From: Escherichia coli
GTDB taxonomy: Bacteria; Pseudomonadota; Gammaproteobacteria; Enterobacterales; Enterobacteriaceae
Length of the DNA stretch: 64,000 bases
Strand: one strand, 5' to 3'
Assembly: GCF_024223415.1 (NCBI RefSeq)
Contig: NZ_CP100500.1
Position numbers and translations under genes: made by a program. This document shows, piece after piece, positions 43,138-53,304 of the stretch; positions within the stretch are counted from its first letter, which is position 1, and the number at the start of each line of letters is the position of its first letter. The notes beneath the pieces were generated by a model. The model saw only the letters and a list, made by a program, of their open reading frames with translations. It ran no database searches and was not told where the DNA came from.

Positions 43138-43193
43138 ACATCAATCCTTCTATTATAGTAAATGGAGTAACTGGAGTTACCCCATTATTATTA

Positions 43194-43952
43194 TTATCTT
43201 GCAATATGAGTCAGTATATTTACCCACAACGCGGTATAGAACGGCCAGGACATAAACTGCTGTGTACCCCAGTGCGGTGAACAGTCACTCATAAAGCAGG
43301 CTATTTTCCCGTTGTGATAGTTACCAAAGACCAGTAATGGAGCGTTGTTTATTGTTAATACCACCTCAGCATTTTCTTTAGCGATCGCCCGGTTATAACC
43401 TAGGAAAAAAGGATATTCAGAGAACCCTTTAATAACTGGATGTTCAGGTTGTGATGGCTGTGCAATAACACCCTCTGGTTTTTCGACACGATCGTCACCA
43501 TCTAACATCGTAACCGGGAGCACATCAGCCAGAACTGTATTTTTATAATTGGCTTTTGCTTCAATTCCCATGAATGAGAGATAGCCGCCAATCATCAATA
43601 ACCCACCACCGTTATTCACATATTCTTTAATCAGTTCGAGAGCGTTTGGTTTTATGCGAAGCTGATAAAAAGTATCATTTTGTAGCAGGAAAGTATTACT
43701 ACCAATATCACTAATAACGATGGCATCATATTGTTCTAACTGTGCCACATCTTCAGGGAAGGCAATTTGTACCGTATGTGCTGGCATATAGGTGACATCT
43801 ACCTGACTATTTTTCAGACACTGGAGTAACCAGGTCGCACCTTCTTCATATTTACTTGAGGTAAAACTGTCATATCCTTTTGAATGAATCATATGAATAT
43901 GCCAGGATTCCCCAATAAAGAGCACTTTTAGTGATTTTTTGGTGTTATTCAT
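43194..43952 (-). CDS. Class-I glutamine amidotransferase-like/ThuA-like domain protein
   Basis: 252-aa ORF; fold assignment by weak recollection only. Confidence 0.4.
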   Translation of the reverse strand: MNNTKKSLKVLFIGESWHIHMIHSKGYDSFTSSKYEEGATWLLQCLKNSQVDVTYMPAHTVQIAFPEDVAQLEQYDAIVISDIGSNTFLLQNDTFYQLRIKPNALELIKEYVNNGGGLLMIGGYLSFMGIEAKANYKNTVLADVLPVTMLDGDDRVEKPEGVIAQPSQPEHPVIKGFSEYPFFLGYNRAIAKENAEVVLTINNAPLLVFGNYHNGKIACFMSDCSPHWGTQQFMSWPFYTALWVNILTHIAR

Positions 43953-43965
43953 TCTCTGTCCCTTC

Positions 43966-45180
43966 TTAATGCGTAAAAATAGTTTGCTGATAATGTATAC
44001 TCTGAATTCGATGTATCACAGATTCATGTTCAGGCATGTCGGAAGCATTGCTTGTCTCCACCGCTAGGGATGCAAAGGCGCTGGCATAACACAGTGCTGA
44101 TTCCAGTGATTTTCCTTTCGCAAGTCCTGATGCCAGAGAGCCGTTAAACGCATCCCCGGCTCCTGCCGTATTTTTAACGACCGCTGGAAACGCTGGCGAA
44201 TGAATGAATTTTTTGCCATCAAATGCGAGCGAGCCCTTGCTACCGAGCGTGATAACCGTGTTTTTTACCCCTTTATTGTGGATAGCTTCTGCAGCTCGTT
44301 TAGCTGATTCAAGATCGTGTACGTCTATGCCGGACAGTAAACCAGCTTCTGTTTCATTGGGGGTGATATAATCAACATCCTGAATAAGTTCGTTGACGAT
44401 ATCATTATAGGGTGCCGGGTTAATAATGACCGGGATACTGTTTTTTTGCGCCAATGTGATCGCTTGTTGCAGAGCGGTATAATTTGTTTCGAGCTGCAGA
44501 AGTATGACATCAGAATTAATAATCGCTTCTTTCTGAATAGTTATTTCATCGGACGACATTGTCATGTTGGCACCGGGATAGATCGCAATAACATTATCGC
44601 CAGTACCTTCATTAACAAGGATCGTGGCAGTTCCGGTTTGCGTTTCTTTCGTTTGATAAATTATACTTTTATAAATCTTAGACGAATTCATAAAGTTGAT
44701 CGCATAATCACTAAAGTGATCTGTACCTACTTTTGTTATGAAATAAACATCAGTATCGGCAAAGCTTGCTGCCAGCGCCTGGTTACAGCCTTTTCCCCCC
44801 GGTGAAAATATAAAATTACTTGCCAGAAGCGATTCTCCGATAGTGGGAAGCCTCGGCAAATAACTGATGATATCAACATTAAACGAACCAATAACGCATA
44901 CTTGACTTTTCATAGTTGAGTGGCCTTTTTTTATTCCCTGGGCTGTATCATAATTTTCAAGCGCATAAGCGATTTCATTTTTCGCAATAGTATCAAGCGA
45001 GTCTAGGACGATAAAAGCACCGCCATGACATCGAGTCAGATAGCCAAGCCTGGCAAGTTCATTAAGATCTGAACGAATAGTTTCTTTCGTTACATTGAGG
45101 CTATTGGACAGATCGGATACTTTTACAGAACCGAATTTACTGAGTCGTTTCAATATTTCATGATGGCGTTCAAATTTCAT
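43966..45180 (-). CDS. DeoR-type HTH regulator fused to a PfkB/ribokinase-family sugar kinase
   Basis: 404 aa; N-terminal DeoR HTH (MKFERHHEILKRLSKFGSVKVSDLSNSLNVTKETIRSDLNELARLGYL); C-terminal PfkB signature DTAGAGDAFNG. Confidence 0.7.
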   Translation of the reverse strand: MKFERHHEILKRLSKFGSVKVSDLSNSLNVTKETIRSDLNELARLGYLTRCHGGAFIVLDSLDTIAKNEIAYALENYDTAQGIKKGHSTMKSQVCVIGSFNVDIISYLPRLPTIGESLLASNFIFSPGGKGCNQALAASFADTDVYFITKVGTDHFSDYAINFMNSSKIYKSIIYQTKETQTGTATILVNEGTGDNVIAIYPGANMTMSSDEITIQKEAIINSDVILLQLETNYTALQQAITLAQKNSIPVIINPAPYNDIVNELIQDVDYITPNETEAGLLSGIDVHDLESAKRAAEAIHNKGVKNTVITLGSKGSLAFDGKKFIHSPAFPAVVKNTAGAGDAFNGSLASGLAKGKSLESALCYASAFASLAVETSNASDMPEHESVIHRIQSIHYQQTIFTH

Positions 45181-45288
45181 GCTTCACCTCACTTCAGTTA
45201 CGTTAATATCTATCGATGTATATTGATGTGATAATCACCATAAAGTGGCGGGGAAAAGCAAAAAAAAGCAAAAATAGCCTGAGAAAAG

Positions 45289-45700
45289 GTAAGCGTTAAT
45301 GGAGAATCATATTGATGCTTATTTATTGGTGAGAACTACGTTCCATGGCAGGAGTTCATCAATACGGTTGGAAGGTTATTCCGGCAGTACGCTCAGGATA
45401 TGGCGCAGATACGCTTCCGGATCAATGTCGTTCAGAAGGCAAGTGCCGATAAGCCCATACAACAGTGCACTGCGCTCGCCGCCGAAGAACATAAAGTTTT
45501 TATTTCCGAGACAGATGGCACAAAGGGCTTTTTCCGCGGCATTATGTCTGCCTCCGCCTGACCGTCAACACTGTAATAACAGAGTGCGCCCCACTGATTC
45601 AGTACACAGCTGAACCATTCTCCCAGTCTGGATTTTTGGATAGCGTGGCATTTTTCTCCACCATGCATGCAGTGAGTCCAGTAACAGTTTGCTCTTCTTC
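45289..45700 (-). mobile_element. Degraded IS66-family 3' remnant (terminal IR GTAAGCG at 45289, decayed tnpC 3' region), inverted copy of the 15505-15677 fragment
   Basis: Reverse complement of 45289-45430 aligns base-for-base with 15541-15677 (about 90 percent identity by eye); ORF fragments 45432..45791 and 45565..45840 retain ...LNQWGAL... like tnpC. Confidence 0.7.
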
Positions 45701-47230
45701 TGCCTGACCACAAGATGTGCTGGACTGGTAAACGATGGGGATACCTGCTTACGCGAGAGCAATAAGTGGCTGGCCACAATTCTCGGTACAAAACTCTGCT
45801 GAATAGCAGCGATTTTCCCAGCGTGGTGCGTCGTTTTCATTTTACTGGTTCTAAGTTAACAATTATCTGTTCACTAATGACTACTCTAAAAACTTGTATC
45901 AGGACTATCACTTATTTAAGTGATATTGGTTGTCTGGAGATTCAGGGGGCCAGTCTATAAACTTTTTACAAAAGGATGAATGCAGAAGGTTACTCTAATG
46001 GCCAGAGTGATGACAATGATGGTCAGACGTTGACCTGCAGAAACTGCATTTTAATTGGTCTATAAAGTCTGCAAGAGGAATCAGGGTCAGATCAGTGAGT
46101 CTTATCGCGGCCCGAAGCTATGACTGAAAGAAGGCTGGATACAGAATTGCAACAATTTGGCAATGTCAGAACACAGAAGCTTTGCAAGCAGGTGAAAGGT
46201 TATGTCTAGCAAAAGGAGTATATCAGAATACATCTACTGATGTACAAAACACAACAATAGCTTCATGATATATAAATACGTGATGACGAGTGGTACTCCG
46301 CATGGTTATTTAACTTCTCAGCACCACTAATGATCCTGAGCAACTTCGTATTTGGGCCATTGCCATGGAGTAGAAAGCTGTGTCTGAGAATGCAGAATTT
46401 GAGAAAAGAATTCGCTTTCTTGGAGAGCTTCTGAAAATGGCACGCTAACAACGTTTTGTTAAAAAATGTGAATCACTTGCCGGGGCTGCATTTTCTATTC
46501 GAGGAGAATGTTGACGTAGATATTACAGAAATCTCAGCGCATCAGGATAAACTGCTACCTTAGGTCAACCACCAAAAGAAAATACAATACGTCCAGTTTG
46601 TATGCCTTTAATAACACATCTTCTAAATGTTGAAGAATTATCCCGCCTGCTGAAGAACGTTGCTCTGAGTGTGATAAACCTTTTTATTCTTGATGATGTC
46701 AGCGAGAAGATGGAATATATCCCCGACTGGGTCGTGGTTACCCGGTTAAACATCTGGTGGCGCTAATAAATCTGGCAAGTCACATTCTGTTGAATGCTGT
46801 GACAGTGCCTTACCGAGAGAGCGAAATTGTGGTGTTCTAGTGCATAGTCGCCACCATTCCGGATAATTCTATTGCGTTGTTTTACAAGTTCTTTTACAGC
46901 GCAGATCTGTTGCTGACGTTGAATCAATAGCCTGGATTTCAGAACACAATGCCCGTTTGCTGGTTGGTCCGGCAGTAGCATTAATTCATTATCTGAATGA
47001 AATGTGTCAATCCACAGAAACCGCTGTCAATGACACATTTTGTCGGACGTTAACACGAGAAAGTCTGGCTATTCCGTAATGCCATCTTATTTCGTAATGG
47101 ATTGAGAATGCTGGATTTTTAATTATATTACGCGCAGTATTAATCGCGTAAATGTTTTGCGGTCAGCAACGGTGGGGGATCCATTGTTCTGTTCAATGAA
47201 TACCATCATACATTTGAATCAGGAGTCGGT

Positions 47231-47776
47231 ATGATGATTTTGGTGACGGGGGGCGCACGGAGCGGGAAGAGTCGCCACGCAGAGGCGCTTATTGGGGACT
47301 CTTCACAGGTTCTGTATATCGCTACCTCGCAAATCCTTGATGATGAGATGGCTGCACGGATAGAACATCATCGGCAAGGCCGCCCGGAGCACTGGCGCAC
47401 AGTGGAGCGCTGGCAACATCTTGATGAATTAATTCATGCAGACATTAACCCGAATGAGGTTGTGTTGCTGGAATGCGTTACCACAATGGTGACTAATCTG
47501 TTGTTTGATTATGGCGGCGATAAAGACCCTGATGAATGGGATTATCAGGCGATGGAACAGGCGATTAATGCTGAGATTCAGTCGTTGATTGCTGCCTGCC
47601 AACGTTGCCCCGCAAAGGTTGTATTAGTGACTAACGAAGTGGGAATGGGGATTGTGCCGGAGAGTCGTCTGGCACGACATTTTCGTGATATTGCCGGGCG
47701 GGTAAATCAGCAGTTGGCCGCTGCGGCAAATGAAGTATGGCTGGTGGTTTCGGGTATTGGAGTAAAAATCAAATGA
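47231..47776 (+). CDS. cobU: Adenosylcobinamide kinase/adenosylcobinamide-phosphate guanylyltransferase
   Basis: 181 aa with P-loop [15 protein letters not shown] overlap with cobS. Confidence 0.93.
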
Positions 47777-48516
47777 GTAAATTATTTTGGGCGATGCTCT
47801 CATTTATTACGCGTCTGCCTGTACCGCGTCGCTGGTCCCAGGGACTGGATTTCGAGCATTATTCTCGCGGTATTATTACTTTTCCTTTAATTGGATTATT
47901 GCTTGGCGCGATTAGCGGGCTGGTCTTCATGGTGCTGCAGGCATGGTGTGGCGTACCACTGGCGGCACTGTTTAGCGTACTTGTGCTGGCGCTGATGACC
48001 GGGGGATTCCACCTGGACGGCCTCGCCGATACCTGTGATGGCGTATTTTCTGCACGTAGCCGCGATCGCATGTTGGAAATCATGCGTGATAGCCGTTTAG
48101 GCACCCATGGCGGTCTGGCATTGATTTTTGTTGTACTGGCAAAGATTCTGGTATTAAGCGAGTTGGCTCTGCGTGGCGAACCGATCCTTGCATCGCTGGC
48201 GGCAGCATGTGCGGTCAGCCGCGGGACTGCCGCATTATTGATGTATCGTCATCGTTATGCGCGGGAAGAAGGGCTTGGCAATGTGTTCATTGGCAAAATT
48301 GATGGGCGACAAACCTGCGTCACACTCGGCTTAGCCGCTATTTTTGCTGCCGTATTATTGCCGGGTATGCATGGTGTGGCTGCTATGGTGGTGACGATGG
48401 TGGCGATTTTCATCCTCGGTCAGCTTCTCAAACGTACGCTGGGCGGGCAAACCGGCGATACGCTGGGAGCTGCTATAGAGCTTGGTGAACTGGTCTTCCT
48501 GCTGGCACTGCTATAA
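47773..48516 (+). CDS. cobS: Adenosylcobinamide-GDP ribazoletransferase (cobalamin synthase)
   Basis: ORF 47737..48516; 247-aa product from [18 protein letters not shown] (47773). Confidence 0.92.
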
Positions 48517-48527
48517 AGAGACGTGAC

Positions 48528-49607
48528 ATGCAAACACTTGCCGATTTACTGAATACGATCCCTGCTATCGATCCTGCCGCTATGTCGCGTGCACAACGGC
48601 ATATTGACGGGTTACTCAAACCTGTTGGTAGCCTGGGAAGGCTGGAGGCGCTTGCCATACAACTGGCGGGAATGCCGGGGTTGAATGGCATACCGCATGT
48701 GGGCAAAAAAGCGGTACTGGTTATGTGTGCCGATCACGGCGTCTGGGAGGAAGGGGTCGCTATTTCCCCAAAAGAAGTGACAGCCATTCAGGCTGAAAAT
48801 ATGACCCGCGGAACAACCGGCGTGTGTGTGCTGGCAGCACAAGCGGGCGCTAACGTCCACGTAGTTGATGTTGGTATTGATAGTGCTGAGCCTATCCCCG
48901 GGCTTATCAACATGCGTGTCGCACGAGGTAGCGGCAATATTGCTTCAGCTCCGGCAATGAGTCGCCGTCAGGCTGAAAAGTTGCTTTTGGACGTCATATG
49001 TTATACGCGGGAGCTGGCAAAAAACGGTGTCACGCTGTTTGGTGTAGGTGAACTGGGGATGGCAAACACGACACCGGCAGCGGCAATAGTCAGCACAATC
49101 ACTGGCCGGGATCCTGAAGAAGTGGTTGGGATTGGCGCAAACCTGCCGACAGATAAACTGGCTAATAAAATTGATGTTGTGCGCCGGGCGATTACGTTGA
49201 ATCAACCAAATCCGCAGGATGGCGTTGATGTCCTGGCAAAAGTGGGTGGATTTGATTTGGTCGGAATGGCTGGCGTGATGTTAGGCGCTGCTTCCTGCGG
49301 TTTACCCGTGTTGCTGGATGGATTTCTTTCTTATGCTGCCGCGCTCGCAGCCTGCCAGATGTCTCCTGCAAACAAACCGTATCTCATTCCTTCTCACCTG
49401 TCGGCAGAAAAAGGGGCGCGTATTGCGCTGTCGCATTTGGGGCTGGAGCCTTATCTCAATATGGAGATGCGTTTAGGTGAGGGGAGTGGCGCAGCTCTGG
49501 CGATGCCCATCATCGAAGCTGTCTGTGCGATATATAACAACATGGGCGAACTTGCTGCCAGTAATATTGTTCTACCGGGGAATACGACTTCTGATTTGAA
49601 CAGTTAA
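48528..49607 (+). CDS. cobT: Nicotinate-nucleotide--dimethylbenzimidazole phosphoribosyltransferase
   Basis: 359-aa [43 protein letters not shown]... Confidence 0.93.
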   Translation: MQTLADLLNTIPAIDPAAMSRAQRHIDGLLKPVGSLGRLEALAIQLAGMPGLNGIPHVGKKAVLVMCADHGVWEEGVAISPKEVTAIQAENMTRGTTGVCVLAAQAGANVHVVDVGIDSAEPIPGLINMRVARGSGNIASAPAMSRRQAEKLLLDVICYTRELAKNGVTLFGVGELGMANTTPAAAIVSTITGRDPEEVVGIGANLPTDKLANKIDVVRRAITLNQPNPQDGVDVLAKVGGFDLVGMAGVMLGAASCGLPVLLDGFLSYAAALAACQMSPANKPYLIPSHLSAEKGARIALSHLGLEPYLNMEMRLGEGSGAALAMPIIEAVCAIYNNMGELAASNIVLPGNTTSDLNS

Positions 49608-49668
49608 AAACGAAAAGTCTGATAAAAGCTATACTTAACGGATAGCTTTCGCGACTTAGGAAAGGGAC

Positions 49669-50604
49669 ATGATGCGTCGTGTAAATATTTTTTGCTCATT
49701 TGCTCTGCTTTTTGCCAGCCAAAATAGCCTGGCGGTAACTTATCCATTACCTCCAGAGGGTAGCCGTTTAGTGGGGCAGTCGCTTACTGTAACTGTTCCT
49801 GATCACAATACTCAGCCGCTGGAGACTTTTGCCGCACAATACGGGCAAGGGTTAAGTAATATGCTGGAAGCGAATCCGGGCGCTGATGTTTTTTTGCCGA
49901 AGCCTGGCTCACAACTCACCATTCCGCAGCAACTGATTTTGCCCGCCACTGTTCGTAAAGGGATTGTGGTTAACGTCGCTGAAATGCGTCTTTATTACTA
50001 TCCGCCAGACAGTAATACAGTGGAAGTCTTTCCTATTGGTATCGGCCAGGCTGGGCGAGAAACCCCGCGTAACTGGGTGACTACCGTTGAACGTAAACAA
50101 GAAGCACCAACCTGGACGCCAACGCCGAACACCCGGCGCGAATATGCGAAACGAGGGGAGAGTTTGCCCGCATTTGTTCCTGCGGGGCCCGATAACCCCA
50201 TGGGGCTGTACGCGATTTATATTGGCAGGTTGTATGCCATCCACGGTACCAATGCCAATTTTGGTATTGGGCTCCGTGTAAGTCAGGGCTGTATTCGTCT
50301 GCGTAATGACGATATCAAATATCTGTTTGATAATGTTCCTGTAGGCACTCGTGTACAAATTATTGATCAGCCAGTGAAATACACAACGGAACCGGATGGT
50401 TCAAAGTGGCTGGAAGTTCATGAGCCGCTGTCGCGCAATCGTGCAGAATATGAGTCTGACCGAAAAGTGCCATTGCCGGTAACCCCATCTTTGCGGGCGT
50501 TTATCAACGGGCAAGAAGTTGATGTAAATCGCGCAAATGCTGCGTTGCAACGTCGATCGGGAATGCCTGTGCAAATTAGTTCTGGTTCAAGACAGATGTT
50601 CTAA
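49669..50604 (+). CDS. ldtA: L,D-transpeptidase LdtA (ErfK)
   Basis: 310/311-aa ORF with signal peptide and YkuD-domain catalytic motif HGT...SQGCIRL. Confidence 0.9.
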   Translation: MMRRVNIFCSFALLFASQNSLAVTYPLPPEGSRLVGQSLTVTVPDHNTQPLETFAAQYGQGLSNMLEANPGADVFLPKPGSQLTIPQQLILPATVRKGIVVNVAEMRLYYYPPDSNTVEVFPIGIGQAGRETPRNWVTTVERKQEAPTWTPTPNTRREYAKRGESLPAFVPAGPDNPMGLYAIYIGRLYAIHGTNANFGIGLRVSQGCIRLRNDDIKYLFDNVPVGTRVQIIDQPVKYTTEPDGSKWLEVHEPLSRNRAEYESDRKVPLPVTPSLRAFINGQEVDVNRANAALQRRSGMPVQISSGSRQMF

Positions 50605-50630
50605 GAGCGTTGATAATTAGAAAGTAAAAA

Positions 50631-50654
50631 GCCTGCTCGAAAGCAGGCTTTTTT
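50631..50654. terminator. Hairpin terminator between ldtA and tRNA-Asn
   Basis: gcctgctcgaaagcaggctttttt. Confidence 0.75.
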
Positions 50655-50659
50655 GAATT

Positions 50660-50735
50660 TGGCTCCTCTGACTGGACTCGAACCAGTGACATACGGATTA
50701 ACAGTCCGCCGTTCTACCGACTGAACTACAGAGGA
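50660..50735 (-). tRNA. asnV: tRNA-Asn (anticodon GUU)
   Basis: Reverse complement is TCCTCTGTAGTTCAGTCGGTAGAACGGCGGACTGTTAATCCGTATGTCACTGGTTCGAGTCCAGTCAGAGGAGCCA; -35 TTGACA / -10 TAATAT upstream on minus strand. Confidence 0.95.
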
Positions 50736-50990
50736 ATCGTGTGAACGGGGCGCATATTAATGGCAGTGCATGGTGATGTCAAAGGGTGAAATGCATTTTT
50801 TTGTTTGTTTGCTGCCAATTTCAACAAAGTGGTGAGCTTTCAATCTTATTGGGTAATGAACCATCGTGGTGCATACCCTCCTTTTATAGGGCAGGTGAAT
50901 GCGACTGCAGATAAAAAGAGCCAATGACGAATCTATCATAATCTCTTATTTGACAGTTGGTTAGCTTGCGCATCAACGCCAAAATAGAAC

Positions 50991-51006
50991 TGGCAAGCAT
51001 CTTGCA
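50991..51006 (+). promoter_or_regulatory. Sigma-54-type promoter element upstream of nac
   Basis: TGGCAagcatcTTGCA matches GG-N10-GC, about 55 bp upstream of nac ATG. Confidence 0.7.
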
Positions 51007-51061
51007 TTCTGGTTGTAAGTAATGGCGGCACTTGGGCCGACTCTTAAAAACCGGAGGCAAC

Positions 51062-51979
51062 ATGAACTTCAGACGCCTGAAATACTTCGTAAAAATTGTA
51101 GATATTGGTAGCCTGACCCAGGCTGCTGAAGTATTGCATATCGCACAACCAGCGCTCAGCCAGCAGGTTGCCACACTGGAAGGTGAGTTTAATCAACAAC
51201 TTTTGATTCGCACAAAACGGGGCGTTACGCCAACTGACGCCGGAAAAATTCTCTATACCCATGCGCGGGCCATTTTACGTCAGTGTGAGCAGGCCCAACT
51301 GGCGGTGCATAACGTTGGTCAGGCATTATCGGGGCAAGTCTCGATTGGCTTTGCGCCAGGAACCGCTGCGTCATCCATCACCATGCCCTTATTACAGGCG
51401 GTTCGCGCTGAATTCCCGGAGGTCGTTATCTATCTTCATGAAAATAGCGGTGCAGTGCTTAACGAAAAACTGATAAATCACCAACTCGATATGGCGGTGA
51501 TTTATGAGCATTCCCCTGTGGCTGGTGTATCCAGTCAGGCTTTACTGAAAGAAGATCTTTTCCTGGTAGGGACTCAAGATTGTCCGGGGCAAAGCGTTGA
51601 TGTTAATGCTATTGCGCAAATGAACCTCTTTCTTCCCAGTGATTACAGTGCTGTTAGACTTCGTGTTGATGAGGCTTTTTCCCTACGGCGACTCACGGCA
51701 AAAGTCATTGGTGAAATTGAGTCTATTGCCACGCTTACCGCAGCGATTGCCAGCGGCATGGGCGTTGCAGTATTACCCGAATCGGCCGCGCGTTCGTTAT
51801 GTGGCGCAGTAAACGGGTGGATGTCACGCATTACCACACCTTCCATGAGTCTCTCTTTGTCATTAAATTTACCCGCCAGAGCGAACTTATCACCACAGGC
51901 ACAGGCAGTGAAAGAGTTGTTAATGTCAGTGATGAGTTCTCCAGTGATGGAAAAAAGGCAGTGGCAATTGGTGAGCTAA
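51062..51979 (+). CDS. nac: Nitrogen assimilation control protein (LysR family)
   Basis: ORF 51032..51979; 305-aa product from MNFRRLKYFVKIVDIGSLTQAAEVLHIAQPALSQQV. Confidence 0.93.
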   Translation: MNFRRLKYFVKIVDIGSLTQAAEVLHIAQPALSQQVATLEGEFNQQLLIRTKRGVTPTDAGKILYTHARAILRQCEQAQLAVHNVGQALSGQVSIGFAPGTAASSITMPLLQAVRAEFPEVVIYLHENSGAVLNEKLINHQLDMAVIYEHSPVAGVSSQALLKEDLFLVGTQDCPGQSVDVNAIAQMNLFLPSDYSAVRLRVDEAFSLRRLTAKVIGEIESIATLTAAIASGMGVAVLPESAARSLCGAVNGWMSRITTPSMSLSLSLNLPARANLSPQAQAVKELLMSVMSSPVMEKRQWQLVS

Positions 51980-52080
51980 GCGTTATATCGGGATGGAATA
52001 AGATGCGGGTTTTTATTATTTGTTATGCCGGGCATTAGACTTTAACAATAACGGAAAATCTGAACTGCCCGGAGTTTACC

Positions 52081-53031
52081 GTGAATTTCCAACAACTAAA
52101 GATAATCCGCGAGGCTGCACGTCAGGATTACAACCTGACAGAGGTTGCGAATATGCTTTTTACCTCACAGTCCGGCGTCAGCCGTCATATTCGGGAACTG
52201 GAGGATGAACTTGGCATCGAAATATTTGTTCGACGAGGTAAGCGACTGCTGGGCATGACTGAACCGGGCAAAGCATTACTGGTCATTGCTGAACGTATTC
52301 TGAATGAAGCCAGTAATGTTCGTCGGCTTGCAGACCTGTTTACCAACGATACGTCTGGCGTTCTCACTATTGCAACGACGCATACTCAGGCACGTTATAG
52401 TTTGCCAGAGGTCATTAAATCTTTTCGCGAACTTTTCCCGGAGGTTCGGCTCGAGCTAATCCAGGGGACGCCACAGGAAATTGCGACGTTGTTGCATAAT
52501 GGTGAAGCTGATATTGGTATCGCCAGCGAGCGTTTGAGTAATGACCCGCAGCTCGTCGCCTTCCCGTGGTTTCGTTGGCACCATAGTTTGCTTGTTCCAC
52601 TCGATCATCCCTTGACGCAAATTACACCATTGACGCTGGAATCAATAGCGAAGTGGCCGTTAATCACTTACCGACAGGGGATTACGGGGCGCTCACGTAT
52701 TGATGACGCATTTGCCCGCAAAGGTTTGCTGGCAGATATTGTATTAAGTGCGCAGGATTCTGATGTCATTAAAACCTATGTTGCTCTTGGGCTTGGGATC
52801 GGAATAGTTGCCGAACAATCCAGCGGTGAACAAGAGGAAAAGAATTTAATCCGCCTGGATACGCGGCATCTTTTTGATGCTAATACTGTCTGGTTGGGAC
52901 TGAAGCGAGGACAACTTCAGCGTAACTATGTCTGGCGCTTTCTGGAACTTTGTAATGCAGGGCTTTCAGTTGAGGATATCAAGCGGCAGGTGATGGAAAA
53001 CAGTGAAGAGGAAATTGATTATCAGATATAG
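52081..53031 (+). CDS. cbl: CysB-like LysR-family regulator Cbl
   Basis: 316-aa ORF MNFQQLKIIREAARQDYNLTEVANMLFTSQSGVSRHIRELE... Confidence 0.93.
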   Translation: MNFQQLKIIREAARQDYNLTEVANMLFTSQSGVSRHIRELEDELGIEIFVRRGKRLLGMTEPGKALLVIAERILNEASNVRRLADLFTNDTSGVLTIATTHTQARYSLPEVIKSFRELFPEVRLELIQGTPQEIATLLHNGEADIGIASERLSNDPQLVAFPWFRWHHSLLVPLDHPLTQITPLTLESIAKWPLITYRQGITGRSRIDDAFARKGLLADIVLSAQDSDVIKTYVALGLGIGIVAEQSSGEQEEKNLIRLDTRHLFDANTVWLGLKRGQLQRNYVWRFLELCNAGLSVEDIKRQVMENSEEEIDYQI

Positions 53032-53068
53032 CAAAAAGCCCGCTATAAAAGCGGGCTTTTCAGAAATT

Positions 53069-53144
53069 TGGCTCCTCTGACTGGACTCGAACCAGTGACA
53101 TACGGATTAACAGTCCGCCGTTCTACCGACTGAACTACAGAGGA
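53069..53144 (-). tRNA. asnU: tRNA-Asn (anticodon GUU)
   Basis: Identical 76-nt tRNA-Asn sequence on minus strand; terminator hairpin of cbl directly upstream at 53034-53062. Confidence 0.95.
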
Positions 53145-53304
53145 ATCGCTGTTGAGGCACATCTTAACGGCGAAAAATCTTTTGTCAAACCCGATTTTTA
53201 ATTTTCCCAACTGTTTGCCGTTTCTATCAACAGTTTGTTGCATTTGCAGACAATTTGTTGGCGAAAATCTTTGCAGCTTTGCTGATTCTCCCTCATTATT
53301 TGAA

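Noticed and set aside
53152-53304. Upstream extension of yeeO and of nac (51032) given by the ORF track
   Set aside because: The extension runs into the tRNA-Asn promoter region; the MATE transporter starts at MWFHFLQ. Likewise nac starts at MNFRRL (51062), not 51032.
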